From Candidatus Gastranaerophilaceae bacterium (GTDB taxonomy: Bacteria; Cyanobacteriota; Vampirovibrionia; Gastranaerophilales; Gastranaerophilaceae): DNA of 64,000 nt. The notes beneath the pieces are model-generated. The model saw nothing but the letters and a program-made list of their open reading frames with translations, searched no databases and was not told the origin of the DNA. The stretch is taken from NCBI GenBank assembly GCA_045651505.1, contig JAZRSL010000038.1:1072-65071 (forward strand), written 5' to 3'. Both the position numbers and the translations under genes were made by a program. Shown in pieces: positions 28,006-37,326 of this stretch. Position 1 is the stretch's first letter, and every line of letters begins with the position of its first letter.

Positions 28006-28013
28006 TTCAAAAA

Positions 28014-31000
28014 ATGTTAAATAGAATCAAATACAGTTTAATAGTAGCTTTGATAAGCGCATGTTTGGTAAAACCTGCGTTAGCTGCTAATGATTCTACA
28101 ATTTCATATGTTGCAATTAACGATAAAGTTTATGAAGATATCGAACTTGTCGTATCAGATGGTGCTGAAATTCTAGTACCATTTAAACAACTTGCAGACA
28201 TTTTCGAAATCCACTATTCTGCTAACCGTGTCGATAAACTAATTAACTTCACCACTTATGACGGAATAAATGGGGTTATAAACAATCGTGGCGTCTTTAT
28301 TAACGACCAATTATACCAAAACAGAATCCCAGTATTCATTCAACAAGGGATTATGGACAACATAATAAATGAAGCTTATATTAAGGCTTCTGTTGCAGAA
28401 CGTATTTTTGGCATAAAATTAACAACAGATTATTCAAACATAACAATTAGCGCCCACGTTGATAGAGATTTAAGAATTCTACGTACTGCAAAATCTCTTA
28501 TTGAAGATGAAAATGCACCTAAAGCACATCAAGATGTTATAGCCCCTAAGAAAAACGGTGTTATTTCTTTAAATAAAATAGGCCTGCATAACAATTTAAT
28601 CAACGACAATATGTCGTCTTCCGGCGTTAATTATCGTTCTACAAACTCAACAGTATCTGGCAACACAAGAGCAACTATATCTGGTAACGCTTTTTCTGGT
28701 AAATATAGATTAGAATCAAATATGTACCATTATGATAATAATGCATTTATGTTTGGTGGTTTCACTGGTACGTACATGAATAGTTTTATGTATCCAAAAG
28801 ACGGTAAAAAATATTTTTACGAATTAGGTCGTGTGAAAGGTAGACGTGACGTTGATGCCGCAATAGGTACAAATATTTTTGGCGCTCAAGTTTGGAACTA
28901 CGATTATGATAAGACTCCAGCTAGACAGTTAAACGGCTACGTTAAACCAAGCAGTTTGGTACGAGTAACAATAAATGATAATGAACCAGTTACCCTAAGT
29001 ACATATGCTGGATATTACACTCTTTCTGATATGAATATTAGCGGAAAGGTAGAAAAAGTTAAAATCGAAGAAATAAACGAAGACGGAACAATTGATATCC
29101 TTAAAGAAGAAAGATATTCTTTATATGGAGATAGACCTTTTGCCAATGAATCAAGAGGTTCTGCATATGCCGGTGTTTGGGGTTATCAAAACCGCTTATT
29201 CAGAGAAGGTAATAGTATCTATTATGGCAACAACAAAAAAGCTACTGCTGGTGGTTATTATCAATATGGTATCAAAGATAATGTAACTTTTGAGTCAAAG
29301 CTAACTGCAGATAAAATTTATGAAAAAACTAACTCTAAAGTATTTTATCAAATGCCTACTAATGATACATTACTTGTAATCGGTACACAAAAGAACGTTA
29401 ACTATCAAGAAGGTGCAACAACTCTAAACAGTATTGATTACGTTAGCAAAAAAGATCCTAACTTAAAATTAAGAGGAACTGCAGGTGGAAGTATCGCAAA
29501 AGACATTAGAACAGAAGATACTCATGCCGGTTATATAGTTAAAGGTACTGCTGAATATTCTAAAAACCTTAAAAATTATGCTTGGAAAATTTTCCAGCCT
29601 AAAACTGCTCAAGCAAAATTAGAGGCTTATCATACTTCACCAGATTTCTACATTGCTAGTTCAGATTCGACATCTAGAAACGACAGAACTGGTGGTAAAG
29701 CTACTGGTGCGGTTAGCTTTAATTCAACTAATGTTAGCGGTAGCTATAATAAATATTACTCAAACACAAATCATCGTTACCAAGGCGGAACTCTTAAATT
29801 TGATGAATACAGTATCAATGCTTCATCAAGAATACCAAAAGTTGCAACTGCAAGATTTAGTATGTTCCATAGAAGAGGCTCAAACGATTTAGGCAGAAAT
29901 AGAAACTACAATTATGACGCAAATCTAACTAGAAATATTGGTAGAGGTGCTATTTTCCAAGCAGGACACAGGCAAAGTTTATATGATACTAACTATGATA
30001 TAGAATCTGCTTTAAATAGAGATTATTACTCAAAATACTTAGATACTTATATGGACTTATCTACACCTTTACCTAAAAATATCGGTAGGTTCCGCTTAGG
30101 ACATAATTTTATTGACTACAAAACAAGCTCATATACAAACAACTACAACATGTTCCGCTTTGGATACACATTCCCAACTTGGAAAAGAATAACACTAGGA
30201 CTAGGCTGGGGATTCCGTTATCACGGACAAGGTGGACAGGATTTCAATGTTAATATGGGTTACAGGGCTAAATCAGGCCAAATGGTCAATGTTGGCTATC
30301 AATACTCTAAAAACGGTGGTTACTTTATCGATAATATGTTTACGCCAACAACAAACCGTCATTCTGTAAACTTCATTTTTAATGACGCTTATCAATTATT
30401 CCATAATGGCTTCAAGTCAATTGGCGACGAAAACGAAGATAAAGGTATTTTTGAAGCTATTGTATTTATTGATGCAAATAAAAATGGTAAATATGATAAG
30501 AAAATTGATATCCCAGTGAAAGATGTTCCAATAATTACAAGCTGGTCAAGTGATATTGAATATACAAATCGTTCTGGTAAATTATCGTCAGCAGCTCTTC
30601 CTAGTGGTGTATATAAAATTTCACTTGATATGAACTCTTTACCAATTACTGTAGCTCCTGTTTCAAATGATTTAGCTACAAGAATGGTTAAAATTGATAA
30701 CGGATTAACTACAAAACTTGAACTCCCTCTTACAAGTACCGTTGGTAGTGTCTCTGGCGTATTAAAAATTACCGATGATTTTAAACGTGATTTAAAAATA
30801 ACTGATTTTGTTGTAATCATAACCGACCAAGACGGAAAAGAAGTTAACTACTCAACTGTAACTTCTTCTGGAGAATTCTATATCTCTGGTCTTGCTCCAG
30901 GTAAATATACACTAAAACTTGATGATAGATATATTGATGCTTATGGTCTAGAAAAATTGCAAAACTTGAGCGAAAGAACAATATTTATACCATATGATTA

Positions 31001-31058
31001 CGAAAATCCTACAGATGTTATGAATCAAAACTTAGAGTACAGGACATTGTCTCTATAA
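28014..31058 (+). CDS. Large secreted outer-membrane protein, putative usher-like pore (operon gene 5)
   Basis: Signal peptide MLNRIKYSLIVALISACLVKPALA. N-terminal copper-amine-oxidase-N-like domain (ISYVAINDKVYEDIELVVSDGAEILVPFKQLADIF). About 600 aa of Tyr/Gly/Asn/Arg-rich alternating sequence typical of a beta-barrel. Two C-terminal CarboxypepD_reg/Cna-B-like domains (SGVYKISLD; SGEFYISGLAPGKYTLKLDD). Confidence 0.6.
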   Translation: MLNRIKYSLIVALISACLVKPALAANDSTISYVAINDKVYEDIELVVSDGAEILVPFKQLADIFEIHYSANRVDKLINFTTYDGINGVINNRGVFINDQLYQNRIPVFIQQGIMDNIINEAYIKASVAERIFGIKLTTDYSNITISAHVDRDLRILRTAKSLIEDENAPKAHQDVIAPKKNGVISLNKIGLHNNLINDNMSSSGVNYRSTNSTVSGNTRATISGNAFSGKYRLESNMYHYDNNAFMFGGFTGTYMNSFMYPKDGKKYFYELGRVKGRRDVDAAIGTNIFGAQVWNYDYDKTPARQLNGYVKPSSLVRVTINDNEPVTLSTYAGYYTLSDMNISGKVEKVKIEEINEDGTIDILKEERYSLYGDRPFANESRGSAYAGVWGYQNRLFREGNSIYYGNNKKATAGGYYQYGIKDNVTFESKLTADKIYEKTNSKVFYQMPTNDTLLVIGTQKNVNYQEGATTLNSIDYVSKKDPNLKLRGTAGGSIAKDIRTEDTHAGYIVKGTAEYSKNLKNYAWKIFQPKTAQAKLEAYHTSPDFYIASSDSTSRNDRTGGKATGAVSFNSTNVSGSYNKYYSNTNHRYQGGTLKFDEYSINASSRIPKVATARFSMFHRRGSNDLGRNRNYNYDANLTRNIGRGAIFQAGHRQSLYDTNYDIESALNRDYYSKYLDTYMDLSTPLPKNIGRFRLGHNFIDYKTSSYTNNYNMFRFGYTFPTWKRITLGLGWGFRYHGQGGQDFNVNMGYRAKSGQMVNVGYQYSKNGGYFIDNMFTPTTNRHSVNFIFNDAYQLFHNGFKSIGDENEDKGIFEAIVFIDANKNGKYDKKIDIPVKDVPIITSWSSDIEYTNRSGKLSSAALPSGVYKISLDMNSLPITVAPVSNDLATRMVKIDNGLTTKLELPLTSTVGSVSGVLKITDDFKRDLKITDFVVIITDQDGKEVNYSTVTSSGEFYISGLAPGKYTLKLDDRYIDAYGLEKLQNLSERTIFIPYDYENPTDVMNQNLEYRTLSL

Positions 31059-31094
31059 AACAAATTCTATTTAACAAAACGACACATATGTGTT

Positions 31095-31124
31095 AGCCGC
31101 TTCCCAAAAGGCGGCTTTTTTTTT
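31095..31124. terminator. Bidirectional terminator
   Basis: AGCCGC-ttcccaaaag-GCGGCT followed by T9, between convergent genes. Confidence 0.7.
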
Positions 31125-31134
31125 AGAAATCAAA

Positions 31135-31869
31135 CTATACACTTCTTACTAATGCTGTATAAACTTCTTGAGAAATATTACCATTATTAACTTCTTTAGC
31201 AATTATTTCTAAAGCTTCATATTTAGCAAGAGGACTCTTATAACTTCTCTTTTCTCTTAATGCCGAATACTTGTCTGCTATAGAAAGAATTTGAGCATCT
31301 ACATCAAATTCAAAATTTGAAGTTACTTTAGGATAACCATTATTATTTTTATCTTGATGGTGATATTTTATAAGCTCTAATGTACGTTTTTTAAGTCCCT
31401 TTTCTTTCAAAAGTTCATAACCTAGTTCACCATGAAGTTCCATAATTTTACGCTCATCTGGTTCTAAACGACCTTTTTTATTTAAAATTTTGTCTGGTAT
31501 TAAGGTTTTCCCCCAATCATGCAATAATGCGGCTTCTTGAAGAGCTGACAAATCTATTTTTTGCTTCATATTTTCAGGTAAAGAATGGTATACTTTTGTA
31601 ACCACAATGTATGTCTGCTGCATATGACCTTGCATAAGCTTTTCAAGCTCATTAAAATTAACTTCTAAAGAAATATTATTTTCTGATAAAATTGTTTTAA
31701 TTTTGGGGTTCATTTGAGCTGCTAATTCAATTTCAGCCTTTGTTGCAATACTATTGTAAATAGGATTACTAACATATGCTGGTTGAACTTTGTTTTTACC
31801 ATTATTTTTCTTTAATGGTAACAACCCTGTATTTAATTTTAAAGGAAAATTAATTACAAAATTAATCAA
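31135..31869 (-). CDS. HD-GYP-type HD-domain phosphohydrolase (putative cyclic-di-GMP phosphodiesterase)
   Basis: Contains LHDWGKTLIP (the HD motif), HGELGYELL and KYHHQDKNNNGYP (HHE..GYP-like). The N-terminal ~60 aa are unassigned and the start is uncertain. Confidence 0.75.
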   Translation of the reverse strand: MINFVINFPLKLNTGLLPLKKNNGKNKVQPAYVSNPIYNSIATKAEIELAAQMNPKIKTILSENNISLEVNFNELEKLMQGHMQQTYIVVTKVYHSLPENMKQKIDLSALQEAALLHDWGKTLIPDKILNKKGRLEPDERKIMELHGELGYELLKEKGLKKRTLELIKYHHQDKNNNGYPKVTSNFEFDVDAQILSIADKYSALREKRSYKSPLAKYEALEIIAKEVNNGNISQEVYTALVRSV

Positions 31870-32051
31870 TTCACTACACCTTATCTAACACACTATAGTT
31901 ATATAAAGTATTTTTTTAATAAAAATTTGACTAAAAACAAAAAACATGTTAAGCAAATGTTACAATTAAATTTTTCTTCCTAGATAAATGTCTAAATCTC
32001 GTTTTTGTGCTAAAATTGAGCATATATCATTTTTAAAATTAGGAGTATTAA

Positions 32052-32846
32052 ATGCAAGAAGTTTTAGAGAGAAAATCAATAAAAAATATAGATTTTAACT
32101 GCGATTTAGCACAAGCTTACGGAATTTATAAAAATAATAATGAATTTGAACTTTTAGATTATGTAAGTTCAGTTAACGTATCTTGTGGCTTTCACGCAGG
32201 CGATCCATCTACAATCAAAGAAGCTCTTTTAAAGGCTAAAGAGAAAAATTTAGTAATTGGGGCACATATTGGATTTAATGACATCCAAGGTTTTGGCTAC
32301 CGTCCAGTTGAGCTTAAAGAAGATGAATTAGAAGCTCTTGTTATATATCAAATTGGAGCTTTAATGTCTTTTGCAAAAGCTTATGGTGTAAGCGTAGAAC
32401 ACGTTAGACCTCATGGAGCTATGTACAAAATGGCTGGAGAGGATTTCACATTCTCTTGTGCAATTGCTAGAGCTATCAAAAAATGTTCTGAATGGCTTGT
32501 ATACTATGCACCTGTTAGCGATATTACAGCAAAAGTTGCTGATTATACAGGTATTCAAGTTGCTCAAGAGTTGTTTTTAGAAAAATCTTATAATGCTGAT
32601 TTAACAATTGATTATTCAAAAGATGATAATACAAATAATTATGATTTAATCAAGCGTTTTCAACATTTACTGCATACTTCTCAAATTCGTAATAACATGG
32701 GTGGTATGAGCTTTGCAGATGTGGATACAATTCACTTCTCAAATAAATATAAAAATTCTATTGAATTGATTCAACAGGCGTACCATACTTTAATGCCAAC
32801 ACCTGTAAATTACAATAATGCTAAGATTTCGGGCTGGGTAGACTAA
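32052..32846 (+). CDS. pxpA: 5-oxoprolinase subunit A (LamB/YcsF family)
   Basis: IDFNCDLAQAYG...VNVSCGFHAGDPSTI...IGAHIGFNDIQGFGYR matches LamB/YcsF signatures. RBS AGGAG. Confidence 0.85.
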   Translation: MQEVLERKSIKNIDFNCDLAQAYGIYKNNNEFELLDYVSSVNVSCGFHAGDPSTIKEALLKAKEKNLVIGAHIGFNDIQGFGYRPVELKEDELEALVIYQIGALMSFAKAYGVSVEHVRPHGAMYKMAGEDFTFSCAIARAIKKCSEWLVYYAPVSDITAKVADYTGIQVAQELFLEKSYNADLTIDYSKDDNTNNYDLIKRFQHLLHTSQIRNNMGGMSFADVDTIHFSNKYKNSIELIQQAYHTLMPTPVNYNNAKISGWVD

Positions 32847-32848
32847 TT

Positions 32849-34159
32849 ATGATAAAAAAATTTAGAAAAAATGTTAGAATGTCAAAAGATGTAGGCTGGC
32901 TTATTCCAGGACTAAATGTTAAAAGATGGCTATTTTTAATCTTTTTAGGCTCTATTTTAATGGTTCTAGGGTTTTTAATTATATTTGATATTCGCCCGAT
33001 TTATCAAACAATGGAATTAATTAGAAAAGCTGCCTTAATTTTACCTACTGAGATTTTGGCAGTAGCTGTAATTTTAATTGGAGCTTTTGTATTCTTTAGT
33101 GGTTGGAAAAAAACAACTTTATCAATTATGGACATTGATTCTGCTAGTAGAAGTAATTCTTTATTAGAAAAACTATATAGAAGAAGCAAGCTTAATAAGG
33201 GTGCTAAAATTGTTGCAATTGGTGGTGGTACAGGCTTATCAATGCTTCTTAGAGGAATAAAAAAATACACAAATAATATCACTGCAGTCGTAACTGTTGG
33301 CGATGATGGCGGAAGTTCTGGAAGATTGCGTGAAGATATGGGCATTCTTCCTCCAGGAGATATTCGTAACTGTATTGCAGCGCTTGCTGATGACGATGAT
33401 TTGATTACTGAATTATTCCAGTATAGATTTAAAAAAGGCGAAGGGCTTGAAGGACATAGCTTTGGCAATCTTTTCTTGACTGCTCTTTGTGCAATTACTG
33501 GTAATATGGTAAAAGCTGTTAAAGAGTCTTCAAATGTATTAAATATTCGTGGCGTTGTACTTCCTGCAACTTTAGATGATATGAAGCTTGGCGCTGAGTT
33601 TGAAGACGGATCAATTGTTAAAGGGGAATCAAATATTCCTGAAGAACATAAACAAATTAAGAAATTATTTACTGAGCCTGCTAATTGCCAAGCTTTGCCA
33701 GAAGTTATAGATGCAATTATGCATGCTGATTTAATTATTCTTGGCCCAGGTAGTTTGTACACAAGTGTTATTCCAAACTTGCTTGTCGATGGAATTGTAG
33801 AAGCTATAGTTACATCAAAAGCTAAGAAAATTTATGTATGTAATATTATGACACAGCCTGGCGAAACTGATGCCTATTCTGTAGCAAGCCACGTTAATGC
33901 TTTATTAAACCATGCAAAAGGTCAAAAAATTATTGATGCTGTTTTAGTAAACAATTCTTTGCCAGCTAATATTTCAGAAGGTTATGCTAAGACTGGCTCT
34001 ACTCCTGTAAGACTAGACATGGAAAATATAGCACCAATAGGTATTGAAGTTGTGTCTCAAAAGCTTATTGAAGAAAATAAACAAGGACTTGTAAGACATT
34101 CTTCAAACCGCGTAGCTAGAGCTGTGTATTATTGGTATAAAAAGGTAATAAGGAAATAG
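32849..34159 (+). CDS. yvcK: YvcK/CofD-family gluconeogenesis factor with an N-terminal TM extension
   Basis: KIVAIGGGTGLSMLLRGIKKYTNNITAVVTVGDDGGSSGRLR and GPGSLYTSVIPNLLV motifs. Two N-terminal hydrophobic helices. Confidence 0.85.
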   Translation: MIKKFRKNVRMSKDVGWLIPGLNVKRWLFLIFLGSILMVLGFLIIFDIRPIYQTMELIRKAALILPTEILAVAVILIGAFVFFSGWKKTTLSIMDIDSASRSNSLLEKLYRRSKLNKGAKIVAIGGGTGLSMLLRGIKKYTNNITAVVTVGDDGGSSGRLREDMGILPPGDIRNCIAALADDDDLITELFQYRFKKGEGLEGHSFGNLFLTALCAITGNMVKAVKESSNVLNIRGVVLPATLDDMKLGAEFEDGSIVKGESNIPEEHKQIKKLFTEPANCQALPEVIDAIMHADLIILGPGSLYTSVIPNLLVDGIVEAIVTSKAKKIYVCNIMTQPGETDAYSVASHVNALLNHAKGQKIIDAVLVNNSLPANISEGYAKTGSTPVRLDMENIAPIGIEVVSQKLIEENKQGLVRHSSNRVARAVYYWYKKVIRK

Positions 34160-34173
34160 GGCAATAAGGTGTT

Positions 34174-35025
34174 ATGGCAAAAAGGACAGTTGCGATATTC
34201 CAAAATTTAAAAAATTCTGATGAGAAAATTGCTATGCTTACAGCTTATGATTATTCTACAGCTAAGGTTTTAGACGAAGCTAAAATTGATGGAATTCTTG
34301 TTGGTGATTCTCTTGCAATGGTCGCTTTAGGATATGAAAATACTTATAATATTACAATTGATGAAATGTTAATTTTTGTTCGAGCAGTAGCTTGTGGTGC
34401 TAAAAATTCTTTTATTGTCGGTGATATGCCTTTTATGAGCTACAATTTATCAGTTGAACAAGGTCTAGAAAATGCAAGTAAAATGATTAAAGCAGGTGCT
34501 AATGCGGTTAAGATAGAAGGTTGTAATGAGTACATTTTAGCTCTTACTAAACGTTTAGTAGAATCAGGAATTCCTGTACTTGCACATTTGGGTTTAACTC
34601 CACAGTTGTTAAATACTTTAGGTGGGTACAAAATCCAAGGTAGAACTGCAGAACAAGCTGAATTTATTTTAGAATGTGCTAAAAAACTCCAAATTGCTGG
34701 CGCTTTTGCTGTTGTATTAGAGCTTTTACCAGCTGAAAGTGCTGAATATATTACTAAAAATTTAGAAATACCTACAATCGGAATTGGTGCTGGTGTTGGA
34801 TGTTCTGGGCAAATTGTTGTTACGGATGATATACTAGGTAAATTTACTGATTTTGCACCAAAATTTGTTAAAAAGTTTGCAAATCTTCATGAAATTATGC
34901 TAGATGGGGTAAGAAAGTATTCTCAAGAAGTAAAAGATTTAGAATTCCCTTCAGAAAAGGAATCTTTTGAATTAAATAAAGATGAAAGAGAAAAGCTAGG
35001 AATAAAGGAGCTAAATTATGATTAA
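34174..35025 (+). CDS. panB: 3-methyl-2-oxobutanoate hydroxymethyltransferase
   Basis: KIAMLTAYDYSTAKVLDEAKIDGILVGDSLAMVALGYENT and VKIEG motifs. Full-length PanB colinearity. Confidence 0.92.
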   Translation: MAKRTVAIFQNLKNSDEKIAMLTAYDYSTAKVLDEAKIDGILVGDSLAMVALGYENTYNITIDEMLIFVRAVACGAKNSFIVGDMPFMSYNLSVEQGLENASKMIKAGANAVKIEGCNEYILALTKRLVESGIPVLAHLGLTPQLLNTLGGYKIQGRTAEQAEFILECAKKLQIAGAFAVVLELLPAESAEYITKNLEIPTIGIGAGVGCSGQIVVTDDILGKFTDFAPKFVKKFANLHEIMLDGVRKYSQEVKDLEFPSEKESFELNKDEREKLGIKELNYD

Positions 35026-35503
35026 TGCAATAAATAATGTAAATTTTAAAGCGATATATTATGGTGGGAATTTAGATTTTTCAGAATCACAAAAAAAAGT
35101 AGTTGATGATATTAAAATAAAACTTGGAAAAACTGTTGACGATAATAATTTTTTAATAAAAGCATTAGATCATGATGTTGTTGAGTTATCAGAAATTAAA
35201 GATGTTAAAACAGTTGGAACAGGAATAGACAAAAAAATAGAATTTTCTAAAGGTGTGTTTATAGGTAAGTATGATGAAAAACATCCTTTTGAACGAGAAG
35301 ATTATAGTTCTGCATTGAAAGAAAGAGCTAGAGGCTTTAGCGCGCTTGTGGTGTTAGCACTTATATATTTTGCAGCGATTTTTGCTCTTATGCCTTGGAA
35401 GAAAAACAACAGTGAGGCTGTAGCTCAACAAGCTGAGAAAGTGGTAACTACTGCAAAAGATAGTCTTCAAACAGCGAAAGATAGTATAAAATTGTTTAAA
35501 TAA
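35018..35503 (+). CDS. Hypothetical tail-region TM protein inserted between panB and panC
   Basis: 161-aa ORF overlapping the panB stop by 8 nt, with an AAGGAG RBS. One TM helix (ALVVLALIYFAAIFALMPW). N-terminal NVNFKAIYYGG motif. Confidence 0.6.
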   Translation: MINAINNVNFKAIYYGGNLDFSESQKKVVDDIKIKLGKTVDDNNFLIKALDHDVVELSEIKDVKTVGTGIDKKIEFSKGVFIGKYDEKHPFEREDYSSALKERARGFSALVVLALIYFAAIFALMPWKKNNSEAVAQQAEKVVTTAKDSLQTAKDSIKLFK

Positions 35504-35523
35504 AATAAAATAAGAGGAAAATA

Positions 35524-36420
35524 ATGTTATTAAATACAATAAACGAAGTAAGAGCAGAGGTTAAAAAATGGAGAGCTGAAGGGCTTAAAGTTGGGCTTGT
35601 TCCGACAATGGGAGCATTGCACGAAGGTCATTTAAGTCTCATTAAAAAAGCAAAAGCTGAATGTGATAAAGTTGTTGTATCAGTTTTTGTAAATCCAATT
35701 CAATTTGGACCTAGTGAAGATTTTGATAAATATCCTCGAACTTTGGAAGAAGATATGAATCTTTGTGATAGCGAAGGGGTAGACATAGTTTTTGCACCAA
35801 CTCCAAAAGAAATGTACGGAGGGGGTAAATGTTTTTCAACTGATAGTGATAACTCCAAATTAGAAAGATTGTCAAATGATACATTAACTTATGTTTGTCC
35901 TCCATATTTCTTTGTTGATAAACTTTGTGGCAAATCTCGTGTTGGTCATTTTGATGGTGTTTGTACTGTTGTAATGAAATTGTTTAATATTGTTCAGCCT
36001 GATTGTGCTTTCTTTGGTCAAAAAGATGCTCAACAAGTTATTATTATTAAGAAAATGGTTGATGATTTGAATGTTCCTATTGAAATAGTTCAATGTCCTA
36101 TTGTTCGTGAAGAATCGGGGCTTGCATTGAGCTCAAGAAATAAATATCTTTCTGAACAGGGAAAAAAAGATGCGCTTGTTTTAAGCCAGATTTTGAATAA
36201 TATTAAAGCATGTTATAATCGTGGAATTACTGATATTGAAGCTTTAAAAGAAACTGCCTATTCTTATTTAACTGACAAACACGATTTAGAATATCTTGAA
36301 ATTTATAATAAAAATACTCTTGAAGAAGATGAAAAAGCTTCTAAAAATTCAATAGCTCTTATTGCTTGTAGAGTAGAGGGTGTAAGATTAATAGATAATA
36401 TTTATTTAGATGAGGTATAA
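35524..36420 (+). CDS. panC: Pantoate--beta-alanine ligase
   Basis: VGLVPTMGALHEGHLSLI, FVNPIQFGPSEDF and GQKDAQQ motifs. Confidence 0.92.
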   Translation: MLLNTINEVRAEVKKWRAEGLKVGLVPTMGALHEGHLSLIKKAKAECDKVVVSVFVNPIQFGPSEDFDKYPRTLEEDMNLCDSEGVDIVFAPTPKEMYGGGKCFSTDSDNSKLERLSNDTLTYVCPPYFFVDKLCGKSRVGHFDGVCTVVMKLFNIVQPDCAFFGQKDAQQVIIIKKMVDDLNVPIEIVQCPIVREESGLALSSRNKYLSEQGKKDALVLSQILNNIKACYNRGITDIEALKETAYSYLTDKHDLEYLEIYNKNTLEEDEKASKNSIALIACRVEGVRLIDNIYLDEV

Positions 36421-37288
36421 AATGCTTAAATTTCTACCAAAAATATTTAATTTCTTTAGAAATTCTTTTCAATTTTTACAAATAGTTTTAATGTTCTTTT
36501 TACTTCTATTAGTTTTATATTGGACAGAAAACATTTCAGAAATAGACATAATATGGCTAGACAGATTTCAAAGTTATTTAAATTTCTTTGTTTATTTAGG
36601 TTCACTTATTTCAGATGGTGTTACAAAGTTTTCTGGAACTGTTTTTGAACATAAGTATATTTGCTCATTTTTTGTGGTGATTATTTTTTATTTTTCAATG
36701 ACTTTATTATCTAAAGCTATTGATTATATTGAAAATCTTTGTAACAAATGCATAAATTATTTAAGAGAAGAAGAAGAAAAATTCTTAAATTTACAATTAA
36801 ATAGACAACAAATTTCTGAACAAAATAAAATAAAAAACTATGTTGTATTTTTCTCAATAAAAGAAAAAACAAATAAAACACACTCTAATGAAAAACTTGA
36901 TATTAATGAACATTATAAAAAAATTAACAAATTTTTAATTGAAAAAACGGGAACAACACCTGAACCTTTTGAAAATGGTTTCTTATATCATTTTGCAAAT
37001 TTTGAAAAAATCGATAACATTTTAGATATCTATTTTAAACTTTTAAATTTATCACCTTTAATTGATTATCAAATTTGCGTTCAAGCTCACTATGATAAAG
37101 AATTCGATGAAAAATCTTTAAAACATCTTATAAGCTTTGAACTATACAATAAAATTACTCTTTTGTCAGAGACAGCATATCGCTATAATTTTAATGCAAA
37201 ACATAAGTATAAACTCTGCCAAATGGGTATTTATCAACGTGACAATGGCTCTATTGAAGCTTTATGCTTTGAAGAAGCTGAAAGTTAA
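36410..37288 (+). CDS. Hypothetical membrane protein
   Basis: 292-aa ORF overlapping the panC end. Three N-terminal TM helices, then a Lys/Asn-rich soluble domain. No family recognised. Confidence 0.55.
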   Translation: MRYKMLKFLPKIFNFFRNSFQFLQIVLMFFLLLLVLYWTENISEIDIIWLDRFQSYLNFFVYLGSLISDGVTKFSGTVFEHKYICSFFVVIIFYFSMTLLSKAIDYIENLCNKCINYLREEEEKFLNLQLNRQQISEQNKIKNYVVFFSIKEKTNKTHSNEKLDINEHYKKINKFLIEKTGTTPEPFENGFLYHFANFEKIDNILDIYFKLLNLSPLIDYQICVQAHYDKEFDEKSLKHLISFELYNKITLLSETAYRYNFNAKHKYKLCQMGIYQRDNGSIEALCFEEAES

Positions 37289-37326
37289 AGACAGTATACA
37301 ATGGTACAACTTGAGAGGAGTAAAAT

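Noticed and set aside
33004-33762. 252-aa antisense ORF inside yvcK. Similar long antisense ORFs include 2626-2976, 3379-3636, 5755-6039, 6729-7013, 10529-10909, 11234-11590, 30392-30820, 56729-57049, 58967-59248 and 59552-59821.
   Set aside because: Each lies entirely within, and opposite to, a well-supported gene with clear family motifs. They have no RBS and biased low-complexity composition. They are shadow ORFs.
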